A DNA stretch of 64,000 nucleotides, from positions 2,464,001 through 2,528,000 of the forward strand of contig OY969934.1 of the NCBI GenBank assembly GCA_963704725.1, read 5' to 3'. The notes beneath the pieces were generated by a model. The model ran no database searches and was not told the origin of the DNA. It worked only from the letters and a program-made list of their open reading frames with translations. Numbering within the stretch: the first letter of the stretch is position 1; each line of letters begins with the position of its first letter. Shown piece after piece: positions 36,986 through 48,725 of this stretch. The DNA is from an uncultured Actinomycetes bacterium (GTDB lineage Bacteria > Actinomycetota > UBA4738 > HRBIN12). Position numbers and translations under genes: made by a program.

Positions 36986-37417
36986 TCAGAACGAGTACGG
37001 GCCGACCCAGCGGAAGTCCGCTCCGCCCAGAGGCGAGACGGCCACACTGGCCGTGAACTTCCCGAATCGACCGGTTCCGCCCCGGAAGGTCACCGTGCCG
37101 GTACCGGCGAGAAGGTCGAGCACGACATGCCCGAAGGCGGCGTCCCCCTTCGGGGTGTAGACGACGAGGTCGCTATCGAGGGAACCGCCGGCGGCGGCAC
37201 TCGTGTAGACGACCGTCGAACCGGCGGGCATCGCGTCGAGGTTCGACGACGTGATGGTGCAGAAGGAACCGGCCGCCCCGGTGTACTGCGAGCACTCCTT
37301 CGTCACGTCGAGGATCCCTGACCGCGGTCCCTTCGCCAGTGCTGGTGTGGCAGGGGCAAGCGCGAACACGATCGCCGCAAGCACCACGAGCCCCGTCGTT
37401 CCGCGGATCCGTCTCAT
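36986..37417 (-). CDS. Secreted small beta-barrel protein, paralog A
   Basis: MRRIRG..TPALA signal peptide; RSGILDVTKECSQY..GSFCTITSSN..GGTGRF; AGGAGG RBS. Confidence 0.82.
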   Translation of the reverse strand: MRRIRGTTGLVVLAAIVFALAPATPALAKGPRSGILDVTKECSQYTGAAGSFCTITSSNLDAMPAGSTVVYTSAAAGGSLDSDLVVYTPKGDAAFGHVVLDLLAGTGTVTFRGGTGRFGKFTASVAVSPLGGADFRWVGPYSF

Positions 37418-37692
37418 GCTGAACCTCCCTCCTGGTCGAACCACATCGGGATGTTCGTCAGCTGATGCGTCTCTGTGATCCTTGCGAAGGGCATCTGGGC
37501 GAGCTCGTTGACGAGTCGGACATCGCTTGCGTCGGGCGCCTCGAACGTGCAGAAGCACGAGTCGTCAGCCGGGACGTACCAGGAGCTGAGATGCACGACG
37601 CCGCGTCCGGTGTCGGGAAGGCGGGCGAGCGCGGCTTCGATCCAGGCGAGGTCGCGTCCCGGCAGATATCGCTCCACGAGATAGGTCGGCAT
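37414..37692 (-). CDS. DUF4242/SCO4226-like small protein (putative metal-binding)
   Basis: MPTYLVERYLPG..HLSSWYVPADDSCFCTFEAPD..VNELAQMPFARI. Confidence 0.75.
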   Translation of the reverse strand: MPTYLVERYLPGRDLAWIEAALARLPDTGRGVVHLSSWYVPADDSCFCTFEAPDASDVRLVNELAQMPFARITETHQLTNIPMWFDQEGGSA

Positions 37693-37748
37693 CGCCCGCC
37701 CACGGTGGGGCATGCCGCGCCCGCGAACAACCGCACGAACTTGTGGAC

Positions 37749-40559
37749 TTAGTCCGGCGGGTTCGCCACCAAAGCCGCGAGCTCCGTCCGAGAACGGATG
37801 CCCAGCTTCCGGTACACCTTCGACAGGTTCCAGGCGACCGTGTTCGGGCTCAGGCTGAGCTCGGCGGCCACGTCGCTGTTCCTGCGCCCGGCGACCACGA
37901 GCTCGACGATCCGCCGTTCGGTCTCCGACAGCTCGCCGCCCGATCCGATACGCCCGCCGATCCGCCGGAGCTCCGAGCGAGCCTTGTCAGACCAGCCGCG
38001 GGCACCGAGCCGATCGAAGATCCCGACCGCCCGTTCGAGGGTCTCCCGGGCCATTCGCTTGTGTTGGGCCTGGCGTTGCACCCTCCCCAGCGCCAGGAGC
38101 GTGCGGGCGAGCTCGAAGGGGTTCAGTCCCTGCGGCGGGTCCGGCGCGAGGGTCGCCGCCTCGAGTGACTCGGCCGCTCGCTCGTGATCGCCCCGTGCGG
38201 CGGAGAGGAGTCCACGGCAGCGGAGGACGAGGGGGCGGAGAGCGGTATCGCCGTTCGACGCACGTCGATCGATCTGCGCGAGCAGCCGCTCTGCCTCGCG
38301 AAGGTCGCCGATCGTGACCAGGGCCTCGATCGCAGCCGAGCCTGCGAGCTGGGCCAGGTACCCGTCCAGCTCCTGGACGTCGTGGAAGACATGGGCGATC
38401 TGCCGCCAACACGCGCCGGCATCGTCCTTGGAGAGCTCGAGGACCGCGAGCGCGACCTGCAGGCGGAACGCCGCCATCCGGAAGTTGGCTGCCTCGGCCA
38501 CGCGGAGCAGTTCCGGGATCTCACCGCGCGCCTTCTCGACCTCGCCCCTGTAGGCGTCGATCTCGGCGAGGATCGACAGGCCAAGCGGCTGGAACACCTC
38601 CAGGCCCACCTGTCGCGCGAGCTGCATCGCCTCGTCGCACAGCTGCGCGGCCACGTCCCACTCCCCACACGTCATCTCCATCTGGGCGCGGAAGAACAGG
38701 CACCGGACGACGTCCGGATCGGCTCGCTCTGTGGCCTCGGCGATGAGCTCCGTCCACAAGGAACGCGACTCGTCGTGGCGGTCGGATCGGCCGAGTAGGA
38801 GCGCGAGCGTGACGCGCGAAGGGGACAGTCGCATCGGCAGGCCGACATGCCAGGTCCAGATCGACCAGCGCGCGGCCCCGAACCCGTCGCCACCCCGCGT
38901 CTGCTCGAGCTCCAGCGCACGATCGAGGAGGTCGTGCCGGATGCTGCCTGTGCGCGCGAACCAGTTCAGCGCGACCGCGGCCAGGGCGATCGCGAGGGTG
39001 GGAGGATCCTCCAGCCCTTCGGCGAGCGACAGCGCTGCTTCGGTATACCGACCGCCGGCGTCGTTGTCCCCCTGCACATGGGCCATCCACGCGAGCTCGC
39101 AGAGGATGTTCACCTCCTGGCTGGGCTCGAGGTCCGGCTCGGCGAGAGCCTGGCTCAAGAAACTCACGGAGACCGGGAAGCCCTCCGTCATCCCACGCAC
39201 ACCCGCGAGCTGCGTGAGGGCTTCGGCTCGCACTCGACCGGGTCGCGAGGAGCCGACCGCCTGTTCGAGCAGGGCTGCCGCCTTCCTCCAATCGCCGGCG
39301 AACCTGCACGCCTCGGCGGCGATGATGCGGCGTTGGTTCGCGTCCTCGACCGCGTCCCTCGGTGTCAGCGCGACCGCGTGCTCGGCCAGCTCCGCCGCCG
39401 CCTGCGCGGCACCGCGAGCGCGCGCGTGGTTCGCCGCCACATCGAGCGCTTCCGCGATCTCTTCGTCGACACCGGTGGCGGCGATCGCCAGGTGACGAGC
39501 GCGCTCTTCCAGATCGAGATCGAGCTTCGCGAGGCGGCGGTGGAGCCCACGCCTTCTGTGGAGCGGCATCGCCGCGTAGCAGGCGGGGGCGAGCAATGGG
39601 TGCGTGAAGTGGATCCGGTCGCCCTCGAGCTCGATCACGCCCTCGTGTTTGGCGAGATCGATGTCATCCGCCACGCCGGAGGCAAGCGGTTCCAGCACCG
39701 TCACCGAGGGAGCCGCAAGCGCCGCGACGGCAACGAGCGTTTCGCGGACGCGCGCCGGCAGCGCGCGCAACCGCTGCGTCACGAGCGTGCTCAGGCTCTC
39801 GGGGAGTGCGACGTCCAGGCTATCCACGCGGACCGCACCGCCGGCGACCGCGCGCCCGAGCTCGAGCGCGAAGAACGGGTTCCCACCCGTGATCGTGTGC
39901 ACGCGCACCAGCTCCGGTCGCGAGAGGTTGAGCCCGAGCCGACCCCAGAGGAGCCGATGGATCGCCCCGAGGGAGAGGGGTTCGACCCCGAGCCGACGGA
40001 AGCCGCCGAACGCGCGATCGAGCTCGAGCGGCACCTGAGCGGGCCGGCCGCGCACGGTGACGAGAACGCCGACGGGCTGGCTCTCGAGACGCCGCAGCAC
40101 GAACCTGAGGACGTCGACCGAGCTCGGATCGACCCACTGCACGTCGTCGAGCCCGAGGAGCAGCGGCCGCTCCTGAGCGAGCGCGCGCACGACCGACAGC
40201 AGCGAGAGCCCGAGCAGGCGCACCTCCGGAGGCGGCCCGTCCGGCTCCCGTAACAGCAATGCGCTCTCGAGCGCGCGACGTTGAACCGGCATCAACCGCG
40301 GCAGGGTGTCCTCCACCGCCGGTGCGAACAGGTCACCGATGGTTGCGAACGCGATCCGTGTCTCGGCCTGGGTCGATCGGGCGGTCAAGCACCGGAAGCC
40401 GCGCTCTCGCGCGAGCCGATCGCCCTCCTGCCAGAGCGCGGTCTTGCCGATCCCCGCGTCGCCCTCGAGCAACACCGCCTGCCCGCCGGCCGGCACCGCC
40501 GCCAAGAACCCATCGAGCCTGAGCAACTCCTCGCCTCTGCCGATGATCTCTCCGGTCAT
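37749..40559 (-). CDS. Large AAA-ATPase/LuxR-family (LAL/MalT-like) transcriptional regulator
   Basis: IIGR..EL, GDAGIGKT, LDDVQW, GGNPFFALE, helical repeats, C-terminal LuxR HTH (LSKVYRKLGIRSR). Confidence 0.92.
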   Translation of the reverse strand: MTGEIIGRGEELLRLDGFLAAVPAGGQAVLLEGDAGIGKTALWQEGDRLARERGFRCLTARSTQAETRIAFATIGDLFAPAVEDTLPRLMPVQRRALESALLLREPDGPPPEVRLLGLSLLSVVRALAQERPLLLGLDDVQWVDPSSVDVLRFVLRRLESQPVGVLVTVRGRPAQVPLELDRAFGGFRRLGVEPLSLGAIHRLLWGRLGLNLSRPELVRVHTITGGNPFFALELGRAVAGGAVRVDSLDVALPESLSTLVTQRLRALPARVRETLVAVAALAAPSVTVLEPLASGVADDIDLAKHEGVIELEGDRIHFTHPLLAPACYAAMPLHRRRGLHRRLAKLDLDLEERARHLAIAATGVDEEIAEALDVAANHARARGAAQAAAELAEHAVALTPRDAVEDANQRRIIAAEACRFAGDWRKAAALLEQAVGSSRPGRVRAEALTQLAGVRGMTEGFPVSVSFLSQALAEPDLEPSQEVNILCELAWMAHVQGDNDAGGRYTEAALSLAEGLEDPPTLAIALAAVALNWFARTGSIRHDLLDRALELEQTRGGDGFGAARWSIWTWHVGLPMRLSPSRVTLALLLGRSDRHDESRSLWTELIAEATERADPDVVRCLFFRAQMEMTCGEWDVAAQLCDEAMQLARQVGLEVFQPLGLSILAEIDAYRGEVEKARGEIPELLRVAEAANFRMAAFRLQVALAVLELSKDDAGACWRQIAHVFHDVQELDGYLAQLAGSAAIEALVTIGDLREAERLLAQIDRRASNGDTALRPLVLRCRGLLSAARGDHERAAESLEAATLAPDPPQGLNPFELARTLLALGRVQRQAQHKRMARETLERAVGIFDRLGARGWSDKARSELRRIGGRIGSGGELSETERRIVELVVAGRRNSDVAAELSLSPNTVAWNLSKVYRKLGIRSRTELAALVANPPD

Positions 40560-40837
40560 CGCACCGTTCCGCCGGCTATCGCGCCTGGCTCTGCTCGGCA
40601 CACCCTCGCGCCCGGTAGGTCCGAGCACGGATCGGAACCGCCGCATTCTGAACCCGCGTGTCCCGCCCCCACAAGAGGAGCCGCACGGTAACCTCGACCA
40701 GCTCGTCCGAAGCATCAGCCGGAGACGCACTCGGCGATGGTTGGCCCCGCCACGCAGACGGAAGGGCCGGCGCACGGCCGCTCGGCGAACTCAGCGGCGC
40801 CGCACCCTCGGACGATCCTCGCACCACCCGCCCCGCG

Positions 40838-43183
<2,346 letters not shown>

Positions 43184-43216
43184 GGGGACGGTCTTCCTCT
43201 CTGATCAGCCTGCCTC

Positions 43217-43260
43217 TTGCATCTGCAACTCCAGAACGGGTTAGCGCCCGTGCCTATTCC
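43217..43260 (-). promoter_or_regulatory. SigH/SigR-like promoter (GGAAT-N18-GTT) plus TTGCA-N2-TGCAA palindrome upstream of lon
   Basis: Minus strand GGAAT 43260-43256, GTT 43237-43235, palindrome TTGCATCTGCAA at 43217-43228. Confidence 0.65.
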
Positions 43261-43264
43261 AGCA

Positions 43265-43280
43265 TGTAAGCACGATTACA
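43265..43280. promoter_or_regulatory. Inverted repeat TGTAA-N6-TTACA between lon and the Clp N-domain gene
   Basis: TGTAAGCACGATTACA, an AT-rich palindrome in a divergent intergenic region. Confidence 0.55.
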
Positions 43281-43331
43281 CGGTAAGAGCGTTGGGTACC
43301 GGCCCCGGGCGAGACCGCCTATGGTGGCCGG

Positions 43332-44033
43332 GTGTTCGAGCGCTTCACGGAGCGAGCCCGCAGGGTGGTCGTCCTCGCCCAGGAAGAGGCGAGGATGCTG
43401 AACCACAACTACATCGGGACCGAGCACATCCTGCTCGGTCTGATCCACGAGGGCGAGGGCGTCGCCGCCAAGGCGCTCGACAGCCTCGGCATCGACCTCG
43501 ACGCGGTGCGCCAGCAGGTCGAGGAGATCGTCGGACAGGGCCAAGCCGACCCCACAGGGCACATCCCGTTCACGCCCCGTGCCAAGAAGGTCCTCGAGCT
43601 CGCCCTTCGCGAGGGGCTCCAGCTCGGACACAACTACATCGGGACCGAGCACATCCTGCTCGGCCTGATCCGCGAGGGCGAAGGCGTCGCCGCCCAAGTG
43701 CTGCAGAAGCTCGGCGCCGATCTGGACCGGGTTCGCCAGACCGTGATCCAGCTCCTGTCCGGCTCTGCGGGTGGCGAGGGCGAGACGACGCCCGCCGAGA
43801 CGGAGGAGCTCTCCGAGACGGGGGCCTGGTACGGGCGTTGGTCCCGCCGGCCGAGAACCGAGCCCGAGGACTTCCCCGTCTGCCCTTCCTGCTCGAAGCC
43901 GCTGGCCGAGAACCTCCAGCAGAAGGAGATCCCGGTGGGTGTCGGCGAAGGGGACGTGACCCGGATCGAGCGGATCCTGAGGGTCACCTTCTGCGGGCGG
44001 TGCGGTGCCGCGCTCGGGATCGCCGATGCGTGA
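43332..44033 (+). CDS. Stand-alone Clp N-terminal (Clp-R) domain protein with a C-terminal Zn-ribbon, no ATPase
   Basis: [32 protein letters not shown] closely resembles the ClpC1 N-terminus; followed by CPSC...CGRC. Confidence 0.88.
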   Translation: MFERFTERARRVVVLAQEEARMLNHNYIGTEHILLGLIHEGEGVAAKALDSLGIDLDAVRQQVEEIVGQGQADPTGHIPFTPRAKKVLELALREGLQLGHNYIGTEHILLGLIREGEGVAAQVLQKLGADLDRVRQTVIQLLSGSAGGEGETTPAETEELSETGAWYGRWSRRPRTEPEDFPVCPSCSKPLAENLQQKEIPVGVGEGDVTRIERILRVTFCGRCGAALGIADA

Positions 44034-44152
44034 CGGCGGTCGCTATCGCTCCTCGACCGGGGTGAGCGCCGGCACCAGCTCGACGGCGCCGGCGCCGTAG
44101 CGCGCCGAGACGGTCATGACCGTGGGGCGTCGGGCGCCACGAGCCCGTTCCA

Positions 44153-45193
44153 TCAGGCCGGGGGCGTCACCCTGAGCACCTCGCCCGCGCCGAAGATCGG
44201 GAGCCACAGCGAGCCGGAGTCGTACGCCATCACCTGGTTCGCCGAGATGAAGCCCTGGTCCGCCACCGTCCACGTGCCGGTGAGGACGCCGCTCGCCGGG
44301 TCGATCGCGGCGAGCTCCGGCCCGTTCTCCGTCGTGACCCACACCGTCGTCCCGTCGAACGCGAGCCCGTCGGGCGCGATCGGGGTCTCGACGGTCGCCG
44401 TGACCTCACCCGTCTCGGGGTCCAGACGCTGCACGACGCCCCGGTCCGTGCACGAGACCCACAGGGAACCGGCCGCCTCGAGCATGATCTGCGGCCCGGC
44501 CTCCGTGTCGATCTCGGCCAGGACCTCCTCGCTCTCCGGGTCGATCCACGTCAGCGTGCTGTCCACGTAGTTGGACACCCACACGCTGCCCGCGGCCACC
44601 GCGACGAACCTCGGCTGGAGCCCGACGTCGATCCTCGAGGTCACCTCGTCACGGCCGGGGTCGATCCGTGCCACCACCCCGTCGTCCTCGCAGACGACCC
44701 ATACGGACCGCTCGCCGATCGCGAGGCCCTCGGGAGCCGCGCAGACGTCGATCGTCGCCGCGACCCGGTCGGTCACGGGGTCGATCTTCGTGACCGTGTC
44801 GTCCTCGGAGTTGGAGACCCAGACGGCCCCCTCCCCGATCGCGACCTCGAGCGGCACGGCGCCGACCGGGATGACCGTGCCGACCTCCCCGGTCTCGGGG
44901 TCGATGCGGTACACCGCCGGGTCTCCGCCGGAGCGGAACTCGGAGCTCACGACCCAGATCGAGCCCTCGCCGGCCGCGACGCCGATCGGCTCGCCGCCGA
45001 CGGGGATCGTGGCCTCGACCCCAACGGTCGCCGGGGGTCCGGTCCCGGTCGGACCGGTCGCGGTCTCCCCCGCCGCCCCGGAGGGAGGCGTCGTCGCCCT
45101 GGGGTCGTCGCCGCTCCCCGAGCACGCGCCGAGCACGAGCGCGAGCGCGGCGACGAGCGCCGCCCGGCTCGGAGTCCCCCTCCCCACGCCCAC
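44153..45193 (-). CDS. Lipoprotein with a YncE/Vgb-like beta-propeller
   Basis: LGAC lipobox; repeated G.G.VWV....V.RIDP.T blades; start is 45193 or 45187. Confidence 0.82.
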   Translation of the reverse strand: MGVGRGTPSRAALVAALALVLGACSGSGDDPRATTPPSGAAGETATGPTGTGPPATVGVEATIPVGGEPIGVAAGEGSIWVVSSEFRSGGDPAVYRIDPETGEVGTVIPVGAVPLEVAIGEGAVWVSNSEDDTVTKIDPVTDRVAATIDVCAAPEGLAIGERSVWVVCEDDGVVARIDPGRDEVTSRIDVGLQPRFVAVAAGSVWVSNYVDSTLTWIDPESEEVLAEIDTEAGPQIMLEAAGSLWVSCTDRGVVQRLDPETGEVTATVETPIAPDGLAFDGTTVWVTTENGPELAAIDPASGVLTGTWTVADQGFISANQVMAYDSGSLWLPIFGAGEVLRVTPPA

Positions 45194-45284
45194 GGATACG
45201 TCCGCGAACCGCTCCCGGGACGTATCTCGTTCCCGGAGGGGGCGGAGCGGATCCGGCGGGCGACCCCGCCTATCCTGGGGCGAC

Positions 45285-46238
45285 ATGGCCGAACCCGAAC
45301 GGGCACGGGCGTTCTTCAAGGACCTCGCCGACCGGGTCGACGAGCGGCTGTTCGGCGTCCGCGAGGGGCTCCGGCTGGTCATGGTGGGCATCCTCACGGG
45401 CAACCACGTCCTGATCGACGACGTCCCGGGGGTCGGCAAGACGACGCTGGTCCGCATGCTGTCCGCCCTCATGGGGCTCGAGTACCACCGCGTCCAGTTC
45501 ACCCCGGACCTGATGCCGAGCGACGTGACCGGGACCTCCGTCCTGAACCTCAAGACGAACGAGTTCGAGTTCCGCCGCGGTCCTGTGTTCACCCACATCC
45601 TGCTGGCCGACGAGATCAACCGGGCCACGCCGAAGACCCAGGCCGCGCTTCTCGAGGCCATGCAGGAGCGGCAGGTGACGGTGGACGGCGTCTCGCACGC
45701 GCTCCCGGTCCCGTTCTTCGTCCTGGCCACGCAGAACCCCGTCGAGCTCGAGGGCACCTTCCCCCTGCCGGAGGCGCAGCTCGACCGGTTCTTGCTCCGC
45801 GTTCGGCTCGGCTACCCGGACGAGCGCGAGGAGGAACGGATCCTGCTCACGCGGCCGGACGAGCGCACCCTGCCCACCGCGCCGCTCCCCGACCTGCCGG
45901 CCCTGGACGATCTGCGCCGGCAGATCGCGTCGATCGGGCTCGAGCACCCCGTCCGCAGCTACATCGTGGCCCTGGCCCGGGCCACCCGGGACCACCCGGA
46001 GCTCGCCGTGGGCGCGAGCCCGCGAGCCGTCGAGCAGATGGGTGACGCCACGCGGGCCTTCGCGATGATCGACGGCCGGGACTACGTCCTGCCCGACGAC
46101 GTGAAGGCGCTCGCCGAGCCGGTGTTCGGGCACCGCATCGTCCCCACCACCGACGCCCGCATCCGGGACCGGGGCGTGGACGAGATCCTGCGCGAGATCC
46201 TGCGGTCGGTTCCCGTGCCGACCGAGTTCCGCGAGTAG
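45285..46238 (+). CDS. MoxR-family AAA ATPase
   Basis: DVPGVGKT, RVQFTPDLMPSD, DEINRA, EAQLDRF. Confidence 0.93.
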   Translation: MAEPERARAFFKDLADRVDERLFGVREGLRLVMVGILTGNHVLIDDVPGVGKTTLVRMLSALMGLEYHRVQFTPDLMPSDVTGTSVLNLKTNEFEFRRGPVFTHILLADEINRATPKTQAALLEAMQERQVTVDGVSHALPVPFFVLATQNPVELEGTFPLPEAQLDRFLLRVRLGYPDEREEERILLTRPDERTLPTAPLPDLPALDDLRRQIASIGLEHPVRSYIVALARATRDHPELAVGASPRAVEQMGDATRAFAMIDGRDYVLPDDVKALAEPVFGHRIVPTTDARIRDRGVDEILREILRSVPVPTEFRE

Positions 46239-46242
46239 CGGG

Positions 46243-47394
46243 ATGGACAGCAAGGAGCGGCGGCGGGTCGCCCTGGCCGTGGCCGGGCTCTTCGCGCTGT
46301 TCGCCGTCGCCGTGGGCGAGCTCGTCATCCTCCTGTGGGCGGCGGCGCTCGGCGCCATCGCGGTCGCGGCATCGCTCTGGTCGCGGACGGCCTGGGACGG
46401 CGTGGAGATCGACGTAGCCTTCGAGCCGGCCCGGGCCTTCGCCGACGAAGACGTGCACGTCGTCGTCAGGGTCGCGAACCGCAAGCGGATGGCGCTGCCC
46501 ATCGTGCGCGTGCTCGTCCGCTACCCCGACGGCCTCCAGCCCTCGGAGGATCCCGATCCCACGGCCCTGCGCGGCCACCGGCGGCGGCTGTCGATCGGTG
46601 GGATGAGCGAGGTCACGCTGCGGCTCCCCGTGGTGGCCCGGGCGCGCGGCGAGTTCTGGCTCGAGGACGTGGAGGTGGAGCTGGCCGACCCGTTCGACCT
46701 CGCGCCGGTCACGCGCGACCTCGTCGTCGAGCGCCCCCTCCTCGTGATGCCCGAGCCGCGCACCGGCGTCCCGCTGCGGATCGTCCGCCGACTCCCGTTC
46801 GGCTCGCCGGCGGCCGCAGCCCGGCTGTTCGAGGACCGCGAGCACTTCGCCGGGGTCCGCGAGTACGAGCCCGGCGATCCCATGCGGCAGGTGCACTGGC
46901 GACTGTCGGCCCACACGGGCCGGCTGCAGACGAAGCGGTTCGAGCCCACCCGGTCGGCCGAGGTCCTGTTCGCCCTCGACGTCGCGAACGGCGAGCCCTT
47001 CTGGTACTCCGTCGACCCGGAAACCGCGGAGGAGACGATCGGGTGGGCGAGCTACCTCGCCCGGCAGGCGATCCACGCCGGCTGGCGCACCGGCCTCATC
47101 GCCAACACCCACTTCCGACGGGGCCGAGGCCGCCTCCGCGTCCCGCCGGCGACCCGGATCGGTGCGGAGTCCGCGCTGTTCGCCGCGCTCGCCCGCATGC
47201 CGAACCAGCCGACGAGCGATCTCGGCCCGGTCCTGCGCGAGCACACCCGCCGCCTTGTCGACCGGACCACCGTGGTCGTGATCTCGCCCAGTCCCGGGCC
47301 CTCTCTCCTGCAGGCGATGAGCGCGCTTCGCCGCCGCGGCTCCGACGTCGTGCTCGTGGCCCCGCCGGGCGGATCGGCCAAGGCTGCCTCGTGA
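46243..47394 (+). CDS. DUF58 domain protein
   Basis: GVREYEPGDPMRQVHWRLSA; follows moxR. Confidence 0.88.
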   Translation: MDSKERRRVALAVAGLFALFAVAVGELVILLWAAALGAIAVAASLWSRTAWDGVEIDVAFEPARAFADEDVHVVVRVANRKRMALPIVRVLVRYPDGLQPSEDPDPTALRGHRRRLSIGGMSEVTLRLPVVARARGEFWLEDVEVELADPFDLAPVTRDLVVERPLLVMPEPRTGVPLRIVRRLPFGSPAAAARLFEDREHFAGVREYEPGDPMRQVHWRLSAHTGRLQTKRFEPTRSAEVLFALDVANGEPFWYSVDPETAEETIGWASYLARQAIHAGWRTGLIANTHFRRGRGRLRVPPATRIGAESALFAALARMPNQPTSDLGPVLREHTRRLVDRTTVVVISPSPGPSLLQAMSALRRRGSDVVLVAPPGGSAKAAS

Positions 47395-48713
47395 TGCGCT
47401 CTGGGGAGGTCTCGCTGCCGTCTCCCGCCGAGCTGCGGGCGTGCGGGCTCGCCGCACTGGCCGAAGCGGGACTCGTCTGCCTTCCGGCATACGTGGCCGT
47501 GAACGAGAGCGGAGCCTTCGACGCCGGCATCGGCTGGTTCGCCCTGCCCTTCGTCGCCGCGTACACGGCGGGGGCCGTCGCCGCGTGCAGGTTCCGCTCC
47601 TCGGCGAACCTGGCCACGCGGGTCGCGCTCCTGGCCGTGCTCGCCGGGCTCGTGCTCGGCCGGGGCGGGCTCCAGGGGACCGGGTTCGCCGTCATCGTCG
47701 GGCTGCTCGTCTCGGTTCGGATCGTGACCCTGGCGCTCCGGGACTGGCGGACCCCGCTGTACGCCGAGATCTGGTGGGGCGCCGCCGCGCTGGGTGCCGA
47801 GGTGCTGGCCGCAGCCGGAGCCATGCCCGACTGGCGGCCCGTGCTCGTCCTGGTCGTGCCCCTGTTCTTCGCCGCGGCGCTCGCCAGCCGGGCGGTCACG
47901 GTGTGGACGAGCCCGGACCTCGACGAGCGGGCCGCGGGCGCCTCCTGGACCTGGCGCGTGCTGGCGGGCACGGGGGCGCTCGCGGCCGCCGTGGTGGCGA
48001 CGGCGGTCCTCGCGGTACGGGGCGGGCTGTTCGACGTCGTGGGGCGGTGGCTCCGACCCGTCTTCGACGTCCTGGAGTCGGTGCTCCTGTTCCTGGTCGT
48101 CCAGGCCGCGCGACCGCTGTTCTGGCTCGCCGAGCGGATCAACCTCGACCCCGAGCGGTTCCGGGAGGTCCTCGAGCGGCTCCGAGTCAACCTGAACAGC
48201 CGCCCGGCCACCGGGCTCACCCCGTCGGCGCCGTCGCCCTGGCACCGGCTCATCGGGCTGTTCGTGTTCGTCGCCCTCGGGTACGTGATCTACCGGTTCC
48301 TGCGGCGCACGCGCCCGGACGCCCTGCCCGAACGCAAGCCCCACGATCGCCCGGCCCCCGCCGAGTCGGTGACCCTGGCCGACCGCGTCGACCCCCCGCC
48401 CAGGTGGCGGTTCCGACCCGAGCTGCCCACCGACGCGGTCCGGCGTCTCTACGCCGAGGTCCTCCTGGAGCTCCGGATCCGCCGCGTCTCGAAGGAGCCC
48501 GCGCTGACCCCCGCCGAGTTCGTCCCCGTCGTCGCGACGGCCTTCCCCGCCACCGCCGATGATTTCCGGGCCCTCACCCGGTCGTACGAGCATGTGCGCT
48601 ACGGGAACGTGCAGCTCGGGCGGCGGGACATCCGCGAGCTGGAGGTGCGGCAACGACGACTGCTCGGCGCCCTCCGGCGAACCGGACGTGGTCTCGTCAC
48701 CGAGGATGAGTAG
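47394..48713 (+). CDS. Multi-pass membrane protein with a C-terminal DUF4129-like domain
   Basis: TM helices, then VRRLY..TPAEF..LTRSYEHVRYG. Confidence 0.8.
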   Translation: MRSGEVSLPSPAELRACGLAALAEAGLVCLPAYVAVNESGAFDAGIGWFALPFVAAYTAGAVAACRFRSSANLATRVALLAVLAGLVLGRGGLQGTGFAVIVGLLVSVRIVTLALRDWRTPLYAEIWWGAAALGAEVLAAAGAMPDWRPVLVLVVPLFFAAALASRAVTVWTSPDLDERAAGASWTWRVLAGTGALAAAVVATAVLAVRGGLFDVVGRWLRPVFDVLESVLLFLVVQAARPLFWLAERINLDPERFREVLERLRVNLNSRPATGLTPSAPSPWHRLIGLFVFVALGYVIYRFLRRTRPDALPERKPHDRPAPAESVTLADRVDPPPRWRFRPELPTDAVRRLYAEVLLELRIRRVSKEPALTPAEFVPVVATAFPATADDFRALTRSYEHVRYGNVQLGRRDIRELEVRQRRLLGALRRTGRGLVTEDE

Positions 48714-48725
48714 GATGCGGGGCTC

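Noticed and set aside
32760-40837. Prophage or integrative element explanation for the accessory island
   Set aside because: No integrase, transposase, phage gene, tRNA target or terminal repeats were seen
43404-43663. 35-bp identical repeat (43404-43438 and 43629-43663)
   Set aside because: Explained by the two conserved [12 protein letters not shown] Clp repeats; not a CRISPR array
44043-44153. 36-aa ORF coupled by TGATG to the propeller lipoprotein
   Set aside because: No motif or convincing codon signal; cannot be supported
45285-48713. MoxR-DUF58-DUF4129 operon as a novel system
   Set aside because: Common, previously noted arrangement
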